This document shows, one piece after another, positions 47,391 to 57,179 of a stretch of 64,000 bases of DNA. Under the pieces are notes generated by a model. The model was not told the DNA's origin and made no database searches. It was given only the letters and a program-made list of their open reading frames with translations. Each line of letters starts with the position of its first letter. Positions within the stretch are counted from its first letter, which is position 1. Position numbers and translations under genes: made by a program. The DNA is from Candidatus Latescibacterota bacterium (GTDB lineage: Bacteria > Latescibacterota > UBA2968 > GCA-2709665). The stretch covers positions 5,296,006-5,360,005 of the forward strand of contig OZ244937.1 in NCBI GenBank assembly GCA_965222075.1. Direction: 5' to 3'.

Positions 47391-48209
47391 ATGGGGTCTC
47401 TGGAATTAACGGTCCGTTATTACCGGCTCTACCCTTATCCGGCCAGGTCTTTTCTGGGAGAGGCCGAGAAGACGTTGTCTCTTAAAGCGGACGAGACCGC
47501 CTTCGTGTCGGTGCATTGCTGGAATATTGATACCCCTGAAGGGCCGAAGCCCATCCCTGAGCATACCGATTGTATGGGGTGGACGGAAGCCTATGCCCGG
47601 TCCATTCCGATCACTATTGAGCGCATAAAGCCGGCCATAGAGGCGGCACGGTCTGCGAGCATCCCCATTGTGCACGTCGCGTCTCCTTCTTACGCCTACC
47701 TCTATCCCCAGTGGCCGGTGTTGATGAAGCTGTCTCCCCCAGAACAGCCAGAGCCGGGTTCGGTTGAGGGCGGAAAATGGCATGAGGAGTTCACCGAGGA
47801 GGTCTTCGGCAAAGGCTACAACGAGGTCTGGGCGAGTATGTTGGAACCGGATGCTCAGCCCAAGCTGGACATTGCTGCTGTTGTCAAACCCCTGCCCCAG
47901 GATTACGTTGTCATTCACGGCACCCATCTGAACAGGATTTTGCGGGGCCTGGGGATCTGGAATTTGATCTACGTCGGTTTTGGCACGGCCGAGTGCTTGA
48001 TGAATTCCCCGTCCGCCATGAGAGAGATGGCGCGTTTCAAGTATCGCTGTATTCTTCTCCGAGACTGTACAACTGCCTTAGAGGACCCGGACACGGTAGA
48101 CCAGCTTTTGCGCACCAAAATGGCCATTCGACAGGTGGAGTGGGATCTGGGCTACACGGCCACTTCCGAAAACTTCATTGCGGCCTGCCGGTGTGCAGGT
48201 GGAGGATAA
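47391..48209 (+). CDS. Isochorismatase/cysteine hydrolase-like protein
   Basis: TAFVSVHCWN, AAR...IPIVH, LIYVGFGTAECL, ILLRDCT. Confidence 0.7.
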   Translation: MGSLELTVRYYRLYPYPARSFLGEAEKTLSLKADETAFVSVHCWNIDTPEGPKPIPEHTDCMGWTEAYARSIPITIERIKPAIEAARSASIPIVHVASPSYAYLYPQWPVLMKLSPPEQPEPGSVEGGKWHEEFTEEVFGKGYNEVWASMLEPDAQPKLDIAAVVKPLPQDYVVIHGTHLNRILRGLGIWNLIYVGFGTAECLMNSPSAMREMARFKYRCILLRDCTTALEDPDTVDQLLRTKMAIRQVEWDLGYTATSENFIAACRCAGGG

Positions 48210-48213
48210 GCAG

Positions 48214-48345
48214 ATGGCGGGTGAAGAATCCGAGTACGGGATCGCCATTTTCAAGGACGTGATGGTGCCCATGCGCGACGGGGTGCGCCTGGGCACCGAC
48301 ATCCACCGCCCTGCCCTCAACGGAGAGGTGGCGCCCGGCAAATAT
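48214..48345 (+). pseudogene. N-terminal remnant of a CocE/NonD hydrolase
   Basis: KDVMVPMRDGVRLGTDIHRPA...GKY, compared with DVKVPMRDGVNLSSDIYLP of 49314. Has its own GGAGG RBS. Confidence 0.8.
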
Positions 48346-48360
48346 CAGAGGAGGTGCACC

Positions 48361-48765
48361 GTGTCAACTCAGCAACCGGTCGTCGTCCGCTGGGGTGATG
48401 TACCCCTGGACATGACCAGCATCGTCGGCAAGTTCAACCGGTCGGAGTTCAATGCATTCTATACGGACCCGGGGCGCGGTATGTCCATGGGCCACTGGTC
48501 GGTCGAGGAGGGTTACGAAGACTACGGCATGTTCCCCCAAACGGAGATCTTTTACATTGTTGAAGGGACCGCGACTGTACAGACGGATGACAGCGAGTAT
48601 ACCGTTGGGCCGGGCGACACTGTGTTTGCGATTCCTGGCCGGCGATTGCGCCTTCTCGTCAAAGAACCCATGAAGGCCTTCTATGTCTGCTCGGGTGCGG
48701 AGGACATCGTGAAGACACAGGAGGTCCGGCGACAGGCGGCAGAGCAGGGGACCGGAGAGAGATGA
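48361..48765 (+). CDS. Small cupin, paralogue of 7054
   Basis: PVVVRW..PLD...KFNRSEFN...MGHW..EEG...EIFYIVEG...VGPGD. GAGGAGG RBS and GTG start. Confidence 0.78.
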   Translation: MSTQQPVVVRWGDVPLDMTSIVGKFNRSEFNAFYTDPGRGMSMGHWSVEEGYEDYGMFPQTEIFYIVEGTATVQTDDSEYTVGPGDTVFAIPGRRLRLLVKEPMKAFYVCSGAEDIVKTQEVRRQAAEQGTGER

Positions 48766-48990
48766 AGGGGAATATTCAATTTTGGTGGTCAATTTCGCAA
48801 ATACACATGGGGTTGTGTAGAAAGAGAAATAGGGTTATGTTATACACCTCATTCCAATGGGTAAAGGAGGTGTATAATGTCAGGTCCGCTTCCCCAATAT
48901 CAACCCCGCTTCACAAAAGCTCAAGTTGCCCAAGCCTGAAAAATCATTCGTCAGCGTAACGCACCTCAAAGTCAGGTGCAACGGGCCCGG

Positions 48991-49060
48991 AAGGGTGGGC
49001 GGTGAAGACGCTGGGAGTTGGGGCCGATACCGGCAAGGGTGGGCGGTGAAGACGCTGGGA
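48991..49060. repeat. Perfect 26-bp direct repeat with an 18-bp spacer
   Basis: AAGGGTGGGCGGTGAAGACGCTGGGA at 48991-49016 and 49035-49060. Confidence 0.85.
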
Positions 49061-49313
49061 CCAACGGCGATTTGGAGTGAATCCTGAGGAGATTGATCCG
49101 GATACACCCTACATTGCGCTTGAACACATGCCCAAGCGTTGCATCGCGCTTTCGGAATGGGACACGGCCGATGCTAGTGGTCGATTTCGCAAGTTCGTAT
49201 GAGTTTCCGTGGATTCCTTCTGAGTGATTCCGTGTGATTCTGAGACGTTTTCCCTCATGTGGACTTCTGAAACTGACCATTAGAGCCCATTTACGCATCC
49301 AGGAGGAGGCCTC

Positions 49314-50996
49314 GTGCAGCCCAATTACGATGTGGAAATGCGTTTGGATGTGAAGGTGCCGATGCGTGACGGGGTCAATCTGTCCTCAGATATCTATCTC
49401 CCTAAGGCACATGGGAGGTTCCCAGCGGTACTGCAGCGCACGCCCTACAGCAACAATGCCGGTGAGTTGATTGAAGAGGGACGGCGGCTGGCGAACAACG
49501 GCTACGCCTGTGTGATACAGGACTGCCGGGGGCGCTGGGATTCGGACGGCGGATATTACCCTTTCCACAACGAAGGGGGGGATGGCTACGACACGCAGGA
49601 GTGGATCGGCAGGCAGAAGTGGAGCAACGGCAAGATCGGTATGGCAGGCGGGTCGTATGTCGGATTGGTGCAGTGGCAGAGTGCGCCATACCGCAGTGAG
49701 TTTCTGACCTGCCTTGCGTCCCGTGTCATCTGTGGTGACCTCTTCAGTGGATGGAGCTATCGCGGCGGCGCGTTTCAACTCCACCAGTTGATCACGTGGG
49801 GGATGCGCAGGAGCGCACGCACTGTCCAGGACGTTGCGTATCACAACTGGACGGAGATTTTTCATACGCTGCCGCTGATTGAGATGGCCGAACGCGCCGG
49901 ACGCAGCCTCCCATTCTGGAAGGACTGGATTCAGCATGCGACCTACGACGACTATTGGGCCGCGCTTAACGTTGAGGAGAAGTGGGGTGAGATCGCCGTG
50001 CCTGCACTCAACATGGGCGGCTGGTACGACATTTTCATCCAGAGTACGTTCAGGAATCTCAACGGTTTGCGCCAGCAGGGGCGCACACCTGAAGCTCGGC
50101 AGAGCAGACTTATTGTCGGGCCGTGGATACACAACTTGAGTGAATCCCCCCGTACAGGCGAGATCGATTTCGGTGCCGGTTCGATGGTTGACCTGCAGAC
50201 GCTGGAGCTACGCTGGTTCGACTACTGGCTGAAGGGGATCGACAACGGCATCGTGGATGAGCCGCCCTTGAGGCTGTTCATCATGGGGATCAATGAGTGG
50301 CGCGATGAGCACGAATGGCCGCTGGCACGCACGACGTGGCAGGCGTGGTATTTTCACGGCAACGGCGAGGCGAATTCCGTGCTTGGAGATGGACACCTTT
50401 CAATTGAACCGCCGGCGCACGAACCCCCGGATCGCTATGTCTACGATCCGAATTATCCTGTCCAGACGATAGGCGGCAACACTTGTTGTTCACCCTCCCA
50501 TATCGTCCCCTGGGGGCCGTATGACCAGCGCCCTGTGGAGATGCGAAGCGATGTGCTCTGCTACACCAGCGAGCCTCTGGAGGCAGATATGGAGGTGACG
50601 GGGCCGATTGTGGTTGTTCTCTATGCGGCCACCGACGCACCCGATACCGACTGGACGGCGAAGCTGGTGGATGTCTTGCCGACGGGCTACGCGATGATCC
50701 TGTGCGATGGCATCATCCGTGCCCGCTACCGTGAGAGCCGTACGAGTCCGACGTTGCTCGACCCCGGTAAGGTCTATGAATACGAGATTGAGGTGGGCGT
50801 GACGGGAAACGTGTTCCACAAAGGGCATTGCATTCGCGTCGAGATTTCTTCCTCGAATTTTCCACATTTTGACCGCAATCCGAATACAGGCCATACATTC
50901 GGCATAGATGCTGAGATGCGTCCGGCACATCAGACGGTTTATCATACTCGCGAGTATCCGTCGCATATCTTGCTTCCCGTCATTCCCACACGGTGA
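49314..50996 (+). CDS. CocE/NonD family hydrolase (peptidase S15)
   Basis: MRDGV, RTPY, QDCRGR..SDG, GGSYVG nucleophile, GGWYD, GPWIH, SSSNFPHFDRNPNTG. Confidence 0.95.
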   Translation: MQPNYDVEMRLDVKVPMRDGVNLSSDIYLPKAHGRFPAVLQRTPYSNNAGELIEEGRRLANNGYACVIQDCRGRWDSDGGYYPFHNEGGDGYDTQEWIGRQKWSNGKIGMAGGSYVGLVQWQSAPYRSEFLTCLASRVICGDLFSGWSYRGGAFQLHQLITWGMRRSARTVQDVAYHNWTEIFHTLPLIEMAERAGRSLPFWKDWIQHATYDDYWAALNVEEKWGEIAVPALNMGGWYDIFIQSTFRNLNGLRQQGRTPEARQSRLIVGPWIHNLSESPRTGEIDFGAGSMVDLQTLELRWFDYWLKGIDNGIVDEPPLRLFIMGINEWRDEHEWPLARTTWQAWYFHGNGEANSVLGDGHLSIEPPAHEPPDRYVYDPNYPVQTIGGNTCCSPSHIVPWGPYDQRPVEMRSDVLCYTSEPLEADMEVTGPIVVVLYAATDAPDTDWTAKLVDVLPTGYAMILCDGIIRARYRESRTSPTLLDPGKVYEYEIEVGVTGNVFHKGHCIRVEISSSNFPHFDRNPNTGHTFGIDAEMRPAHQTVYHTREYPSHILLPVIPTR

Positions 50997-51020
50997 TGAA
51001 CCACTGAATATAATTGACTT

Positions 51021-53045
51021 ATGGCAGAAGGGATGAAGGGACAGGTCGAGGTGCGAAAAGGCATACCGGAGGACGTCGGGTGGACCGAAGCGAAGGCAGA
51101 ACCGGAGCGGGGGGTGACGCTCCGGGCGGTCGGCTTCGGGCTCTGCCTGGCGGTCGCCGTGTGCCTGCTGGACAATACGGTCTCCTACGTGATGCGTGGG
51201 TCGCGGCTGAACTACAGCCTTATGCCGATGGGGAACCTGATCGTCTTTCTGCTGTCGGTGCTGGTCTGCGCGGCGCTGGCCCGGTGGGTCGGTCGCTGGT
51301 TCGTCTTCTCTCCGACGGAGTGGATTACGATTTTCTGCGTGGGATTTATGAGCACGCCCGGGTCCACCTACGGGGGCGGGGGCATCCTCATCGGCCAGGT
51401 CGCAAGCCTGTATTATTTTGCGAGTCCGGAGAACCAGTGGGCGGAGTATCTGCACGCCCATCTGCCGGTGTGGTTTGTTCCCAGGGACGAGGGTGGTGTG
51501 ATGAAGTGGTTTTACGAGGGGCTTCCTCGTGGGATGTCTATTCCCTGGGGAGTGTGGGTTGTGCCGCTTTTCTGGTGGTTTGCATTCTATGGTGCGCTGG
51601 GGTTGGCCGGGGCGTGCGTCTCAATCATTCTGCACCGGCAGTGGGCGGAGAACGAGCGGCTGGTGTATCCGGCGATCATACCGATAGTGGAGATGACGAC
51701 GCAGGCCGGGACGGGGAGGCGTGGGTTGCCGGAGTTTATGAGGGGGAAGGCGTTCTGGTCTGGTTTTGCGCTGACGTCTTTTGTGTTCTGGTGGAATATG
51801 ATCGCCTGGTTCTACCCGGGGTTCCCGACGTTTCCGACGGCGCAGGGGACGTGGATCGATCTACCGCTGCCCTATCCGTCCATCCTGATTTTTCTGAGCA
51901 CGGCTCTTCTCTGTTTTTCCTACTTTGCCAGCTTAGAGGTGCTGTTCAGCATCTGGTTTTTCGATCTTGTGTTGTTTACCCTCGAATCGGGATTTCTGAA
52001 CCGGGTCGGCATCCCAGCCACGGAGCGCTATTTTGCGCTGATGAACGGACCTTACGAGCGGCAGACGGCCGGTGCGTTCGTGGCCCTGGTCCTCTGGTGG
52101 CTGTGGATATCGCGGCGGTATCTCCGGGGTGTGTTCTGGAAGGCGCTTCGGCCGGAGCGTTCATCGGTTGACGACAGCCGGGAGCTGCTCTCCTACCGTG
52201 GGGCGTGCATCGGCCTGATCTGCAGTTGTGTCTACGTGGCGTTCTGGCTTGGGTGGGCCGGCATGGAGGTCAAGTTCATCCTCGTGGTGGTCTCTGCCAC
52301 GTTTTTCATCTACCTCGGCCTGGCGAAGTTTCTGGCCGATTCGGGGTTTATCTACGTCCAGACGCCGGGCTATCCGGGGGACCTCTCCCTGTTTGCCTTC
52401 GGCCGCGCGGACCTTCAGGCCTCCACACACGCGGCCCTGGGTATGGTGTGGTTTACCCTTCAAAATACGAGAGGGTTTGTCCTGCCGATGATGTCCCACG
52501 TCAATCGCTTAGCTGACTTCATTCCAAAGGACAAGCGCAGGCTCTTCTGGGCGGTCGGTGCAGCCCTGGCCGTCGGGTTGGTCACTTCCACGCTCTATAC
52601 GATCTGGCTGGGCTACACGATGGGGGGCTACAATTTTCGTCCCAACTGGCTGCCCTTTGCAGGTTGGTGGTCCTACCAGTGGGCTGTGAACAGGATCCAG
52701 GATCCCAGGCCGGAGGAGATCTATCACTACTGGTTCTTCTTAGGCGGGGCTGTGTTCATGGTCTTCCTAAATCTGATGCGCTACCGGTTCACCTGGTGGC
52801 CGTTCCATCCGGTTGGGTTTGTTGTCTCTGGGGTCCAGGTTATACGGCTGACCAGTTTTACCATCCTGGTTGCGTGGATGCTCAAGTTTATTATGTTAAA
52901 GATTATCGGGTTGTCGTTTTATCGGAGGTCGAAGCCGTTTTTCATCGGCATGCTGATCGGCTACGTTCTGGCTGTGGCCGCAGGCGTGGGGGTAGACGCC
53001 ATCTGGTTTCCCGAGCGGGGGCATGAGGTGCATAAGTGGTATTGA
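51021..53045 (+). CDS. DUF6785/DUF6784-like membrane protein, copy 3
   Basis: Close paralogue of 36724 over its full length. Confidence 0.8.
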   Translation: MAEGMKGQVEVRKGIPEDVGWTEAKAEPERGVTLRAVGFGLCLAVAVCLLDNTVSYVMRGSRLNYSLMPMGNLIVFLLSVLVCAALARWVGRWFVFSPTEWITIFCVGFMSTPGSTYGGGGILIGQVASLYYFASPENQWAEYLHAHLPVWFVPRDEGGVMKWFYEGLPRGMSIPWGVWVVPLFWWFAFYGALGLAGACVSIILHRQWAENERLVYPAIIPIVEMTTQAGTGRRGLPEFMRGKAFWSGFALTSFVFWWNMIAWFYPGFPTFPTAQGTWIDLPLPYPSILIFLSTALLCFSYFASLEVLFSIWFFDLVLFTLESGFLNRVGIPATERYFALMNGPYERQTAGAFVALVLWWLWISRRYLRGVFWKALRPERSSVDDSRELLSYRGACIGLICSCVYVAFWLGWAGMEVKFILVVVSATFFIYLGLAKFLADSGFIYVQTPGYPGDLSLFAFGRADLQASTHAALGMVWFTLQNTRGFVLPMMSHVNRLADFIPKDKRRLFWAVGAALAVGLVTSTLYTIWLGYTMGGYNFRPNWLPFAGWWSYQWAVNRIQDPRPEEIYHYWFFLGGAVFMVFLNLMRYRFTWWPFHPVGFVVSGVQVIRLTSFTILVAWMLKFIMLKIIGLSFYRRSKPFFIGMLIGYVLAVAAGVGVDAIWFPERGHEVHKWY

Positions 53046-53171
53046 GTCCAGTAGGCAGTAGGCAGAAGTGAGGCAGAGTAGCAAGGAGGGTGAGGGTATG
53101 GAGGTGACGCTTGTTTTGCCGATCGGGAGTAAATAGCCCTATCACCGGAGACTGACTAAAGGAGAGAGAGG

Positions 53172-54374
53172 ATGGGAAATATCTACGAGCGGCTGGGGGT
53201 TCGGACGATTATCAATGCAACGGGGCCGGCGACCCGGTTGAGCGGGTCAATTTTGCCGGAAGAGGTGGCGGAGGCGATGCGGGAGGCGTCGCAGTTCTGC
53301 GTGGATATTGAAGAGCTCCAGGCGTGGGCGGGGGGAGTGATCGCGGAGATTACGGGGGCGGAGGCGGGGTATGTGACGTCGGGGGCGGCCGCGGGCCAGA
53401 TGCTGGGAATCGCGGCGTGTGTGACAGGGCTGGATCCGGGGAAGATGAACCGGCTGCCCGATACGGAGGGGATGGTGAACGAGGTGATTATTCCGCGCAG
53501 CCACCGGAATTTTTACGATCACGCGATCCGCGCAGTCGGAATCAGGCTCATCGAGGTGGGTATTTCGGACCGGTTCACCGGGGCCGGGGTGCGGGATACG
53601 GAGGCCTGGGAGATCACCGATGCGATTACGGACCGGACGGCGGCGGTGGCCTATGTGGCAAATGCGCATGCGCTACCGCCGCTGCGGGAGGTGGTGGCGG
53701 CGGCGCACGAGCGCGGGGTGCCGGTGGTTGTGGATGCGGCCGGGCAGCTTCCGCCGGCGTCCAATCTGACACGGTTTGTTTCCGAGGGGGCCGATCTGGT
53801 CTGTTTCAGCGGGGGGAAGGCGGTCCGGGGACCGCAGAGTTCGGGTATTCTGTGCGGGCGGCGGGACCTGATTACGGCGGCTGCGCTTCAGCATTTAGAC
53901 CAGGATATGTTCTTTGAGTTGTGGGACCCACCGCCGTCGCTGATCGATAAAGAGAAGCTGCCTGGGGCGCCGCAGCACGGGATCGGGCGGCCCTGCAAGG
54001 TGGGCAAGGAGGAGATCGTAGGGCTGATTACGGCGCTGAGACTGTTTGTGGCGGAGGGGGACGAGGCGCGAAAGGCCGCGTGGGAGGCGACGATGGCCGC
54101 GCTGGCCAACGCGCTGGGTGACCTGCCACACGCGCAGGTAACGGTGGTGATCAATCCCGGGCGACCGGTGCCGATGGTCCGGCTGGAAGTGGATGAACAG
54201 GCGGCGGGGATCACGGGAGTGGACCTGGTACGGCAGTTGATAGCGGGCGACCCGAGCATCCATGTAAATACGTCCGGTGTGTACGAGGGGACGCTCGGTT
54301 TCGGGCCGATGTGTCTGAAGGAGGGCGACGTGGAGGCGATTTCGGGGCGGCTTCACGAGCTGATTGGAGGATGA
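53172..54374 (+). CDS. SelA-like PLP-dependent enzyme (DgaE-like)
   Basis: IINATG..T.L.GS, VDAAG, GADLVCFSGGKAVRGPQSSG, GIGR.CKVGKEEI. Confidence 0.88.
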   Translation: MGNIYERLGVRTIINATGPATRLSGSILPEEVAEAMREASQFCVDIEELQAWAGGVIAEITGAEAGYVTSGAAAGQMLGIAACVTGLDPGKMNRLPDTEGMVNEVIIPRSHRNFYDHAIRAVGIRLIEVGISDRFTGAGVRDTEAWEITDAITDRTAAVAYVANAHALPPLREVVAAAHERGVPVVVDAAGQLPPASNLTRFVSEGADLVCFSGGKAVRGPQSSGILCGRRDLITAAALQHLDQDMFFELWDPPPSLIDKEKLPGAPQHGIGRPCKVGKEEIVGLITALRLFVAEGDEARKAAWEATMAALANALGDLPHAQVTVVINPGRPVPMVRLEVDEQAAGITGVDLVRQLIAGDPSIHVNTSGVYEGTLGFGPMCLKEGDVEAISGRLHELIGG

Positions 54375-54560
54375 GTAAATGCGTTACAGGAGCCGCGCCC
54401 TCAACTCCATCGCCTCCAGGAAACCGCCGAAGTCCCCGGCAGCCTCGAATGGAACAGGACTGGCCCCGGCAGAGCATCCCCCCGGGCGCAGACCACCGGA
54501 AACTCCTCGAAGAGGTCGCCGATAGCCTTAACGTCGACATACCCTGGAGGAGCAGCGAAA

Positions 54561-56126
54561 ATGCCTGAGAAACCGTTGGACAAACAACAGATCGTAGACG
54601 GCCTGAACGCCCTCGGCCTCCCCCGGGGGGCCGTGCTGATGGTCCATTCCTCCCTCAGCAGCCTGGGGAAAGTCAATGGCGGAGCCAGCACCCTCATCGA
54701 CGCCCTGCTGGAGGCCCTCGGACCGGAGGGCACCCTCCTGATGCCCACCCATCCGGCCCGTGACGGGCGCACCTTCCACCCCAAAACAATCCCCTCCGAC
54801 ATGGGCCTCATCTCCGAAACCTTCCGCCTGCGTTCCGGCGTGCTGCGCAGCCGCCATCCCTACCACCCGGTGGCCGCCTTTGGCGCCCGTGCACAGGAGA
54901 TGCTGCGCGACCACGAGCAGAGCGCGGTCCCCGACGGCCCGGAAACCCCCTACGGCCGCCTCATTGCCCTGAAAGCTCTCGTCCTGCTCATCGGCTGCGA
55001 CCTGGATACGCTCACCCTGCTCCACACCGTGGAAGCGGAACTGGACCTGCCCTACCTGCGGGAGTTGGAGATGAAATACGTGGATGCCCAGGGAAAGGTC
55101 CGCACCCTGCAGATCAAACGCTGTCCCGGCGGGCACCGGGGCGGCGTCTGGAAATTCGACCGCTTATTCCGAGAAGAGGGCGCCATGTCCCTCGGACGGA
55201 TCGAACGCGCGGTCTGCCGATTGATCTCTGCGCCGGAAGCAGCGGCGGTCATGCGCCGGGAAATGGCCCGGGACCCCGCCTTTGCCTTAGACGACAACCC
55301 CCACTGCGCCGACTGCGTCCGCTTCCGGAGCAAAATCGGGCCCCGTTCCCAAACCGGGCGAAAACCGCGTGTGCAGATCAACAACAAGGCCGGCCGCCTG
55401 GCCCGTGAGGACTTCCGGCTCACCGCCCCCCTCTGGGCCGTCGCCCGGAATCCCGAGCAGGCCCTGGACCTGATTCGGGAGGAAGGCATCGCGCACGTAG
55501 AGCTGCACACAGAACATCTACCCGAACCGGACGGCCTTAACAGGCAGCTCACGGACCGGGGGATGGACATCGCCGTCCTGCGCACCGACCTCGGCCCGCC
55601 CGATGTAATCGCCGAACAAGCAGCCCGGCTAAAGGTCGCCTGTCTGCACGTCGGCGCCCCAAACCGAACCGAAATGAACCATCCCCAACTCGTAGACGCA
55701 CTCTGCGCCCTGGCCCAAGCGGCTGGCGGCCGGGGAATCACCGCGCTTTTGGGCAACCGGCCGGACAGCCTCGCAGAAACCGCGGAGGAACTGGCTGCGC
55801 TCGTAAAAGAGGTCGGCTCGCCAAACCTGAAGGCGAGCTACAACCCGGCCCATATCGCGCGGTCCGGAGGCAGTCCTTTCTACGGTGGACTCTACAAAGG
55901 ACCGCTGCGCCGCAACCTGCGCCACGTGGATCTACAAGATGTGGTCGTCGCCGACAGAAGGAGGGTATCCCCGGGCATGGGCAACGCCGAAATCATAGAG
56001 ATCATCTCCAGCCTGCGCTGCCGCAGCTTTGATGGATACTTCTGTCTCTGGCCGCTGCCAAAGCAGGGGGATGAGGGATTTCGGGAAGCGGCGAGAGGCT
56101 TCCGGGAGAGCATGGAGCGCATCTGA
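54561..56126 (+). CDS. AAC(3)-family N-acetyltransferase fused to a sugar-phosphate isomerase/epimerase-like TIM barrel
   Basis: VHSSLSSLG, GTLLMP, RSRHP, TLLHTVE. C-terminal V..PNLK..YNPAH, HVDLQD, G.G.AEI..I...L....FDG. Confidence 0.8.
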   Translation: MPEKPLDKQQIVDGLNALGLPRGAVLMVHSSLSSLGKVNGGASTLIDALLEALGPEGTLLMPTHPARDGRTFHPKTIPSDMGLISETFRLRSGVLRSRHPYHPVAAFGARAQEMLRDHEQSAVPDGPETPYGRLIALKALVLLIGCDLDTLTLLHTVEAELDLPYLRELEMKYVDAQGKVRTLQIKRCPGGHRGGVWKFDRLFREEGAMSLGRIERAVCRLISAPEAAAVMRREMARDPAFALDDNPHCADCVRFRSKIGPRSQTGRKPRVQINNKAGRLAREDFRLTAPLWAVARNPEQALDLIREEGIAHVELHTEHLPEPDGLNRQLTDRGMDIAVLRTDLGPPDVIAEQAARLKVACLHVGAPNRTEMNHPQLVDALCALAQAAGGRGITALLGNRPDSLAETAEELAALVKEVGSPNLKASYNPAHIARSGGSPFYGGLYKGPLRRNLRHVDLQDVVVADRRRVSPGMGNAEIIEIISSLRCRSFDGYFCLWPLPKQGDEGFREAARGFRESMERI

Positions 56127-56162
56127 GTTCGCACCGCTTACTTTTTTAAGGAGGACCACATT

Positions 56163-57083
56163 ATGCAGTATCGGACTCTCGGACGCACCGGTTTGAAGGT
56201 CTCAGAACTCGGTTTTGGCGGGATGGAAATCGGCTGGGCACGCCCGGAGGAGAGAGATGAAGTGGGAAGGCTGCTCAACCGCGCGCTCGACCTCGGCATC
56301 AACTTTATCGATACCTCAGCGTCGTATTTTTGGAGCGAGGAACTTATCGCCAAGTACGTCGGTCACCGTCGCGACGAGTTTATCTTCGCTACCAAGTGTG
56401 GCTCGTGGCGCGTGCTTCAGTCGAACGGCGAATGGGTGCAAACGCTGGACTATTCCGCCAAGGCCATCGCGCCGCAGATTGACCGTAGCCTTCAGCGGTT
56501 GAAGACCGACTACATTGACGTGATCCAACTGCACAGCCCCGCGTACAACGACGTGGAGTCCGGCGATGGGTTGGAGGGATTGAAGAAAGCGCAGGCACAG
56601 GGCAAGGTGCGCTTCATCAGTCTGTCGGGAGACGGCGACGTGGCGCGCAAGGCGATTGAGATTGGCGAATACGACACGCTGCAACTCACCTACAACGTCC
56701 TTCTGCAGGAATCCGCCGACGTCATTGCCGCTGCCCGTGGAAATGACATGGGCATCATCATCAAAGGTCCCATCGCCAACGCCCACTACGAAAAGCCGCG
56801 TCCCAGCAACGACGAAAGCATGTCAGGCATCGGGATGCCAGCCTTGTGGGACCGTGCCCAGAGGATTTTAGCGCCCGAAGTCGTGGGCGATCTCCCCCGC
56901 GTCGAAGTCGCTCTGAGGTGGCTGCTGGGTGACGCCAACATCCACACCGCCATCGTCGGCACAACCAACATTCATCACCTTGAGGCCAACGTCGCCTCCG
57001 CCGAACGCGGCAGGTTGCCTGAAGAGATGCTGACAGGAATCAGATGGGAGTATGAGCGGGCGGCGGCAGGCATCGCGGATTGA
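56163..57083 (+). CDS. Aldo/keto reductase
   Basis: YRTLGRTGLKVSELGFG, GINFIDT..SY, ATK, SLQRLKTDYIDVIQLH. Confidence 0.95.
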   Translation: MQYRTLGRTGLKVSELGFGGMEIGWARPEERDEVGRLLNRALDLGINFIDTSASYFWSEELIAKYVGHRRDEFIFATKCGSWRVLQSNGEWVQTLDYSAKAIAPQIDRSLQRLKTDYIDVIQLHSPAYNDVESGDGLEGLKKAQAQGKVRFISLSGDGDVARKAIEIGEYDTLQLTYNVLLQESADVIAAARGNDMGIIIKGPIANAHYEKPRPSNDESMSGIGMPALWDRAQRILAPEVVGDLPRVEVALRWLLGDANIHTAIVGTTNIHHLEANVASAERGRLPEEMLTGIRWEYERAAAGIAD

Positions 57084-57179
57084 GTGGAATACCGATTCAG
57101 AGGCTGCGGCGATGGCGCGGGGCTACCGGCAGGTATGGAGGCGTAAGCGTCGACTGAAATCGATAGATGGGAGGTTGCT

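Noticed and set aside
48991-49060. CRISPR mini-array
   Set aside because: Only two repeats with an 18-bp spacer, and no cas genes in the window.
53046-53085. Short AGTAGGC-type heptamer run
   Set aside because: Only two to three degenerate units, too short to interpret.
53172-54374. True selenocysteine synthase selA
   Set aside because: About 400 aa without the SelA N-terminal domain, and no selB/selC/selD nearby. It fits the SelA-like/DgaE group.
54371-54560. Further gene scars (also 22430-22575, 44036-44100, 57085-57170)
   Set aside because: They look coding-like, but I could not match them to any gene in the window or to a family I recognise.
54561-55350. Acquired aminoglycoside resistance gene aac(3)
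   Set aside because: Fused to a second domain and embedded in a metabolic operon with no mobile context. Resistance is not supported from sequence alone.
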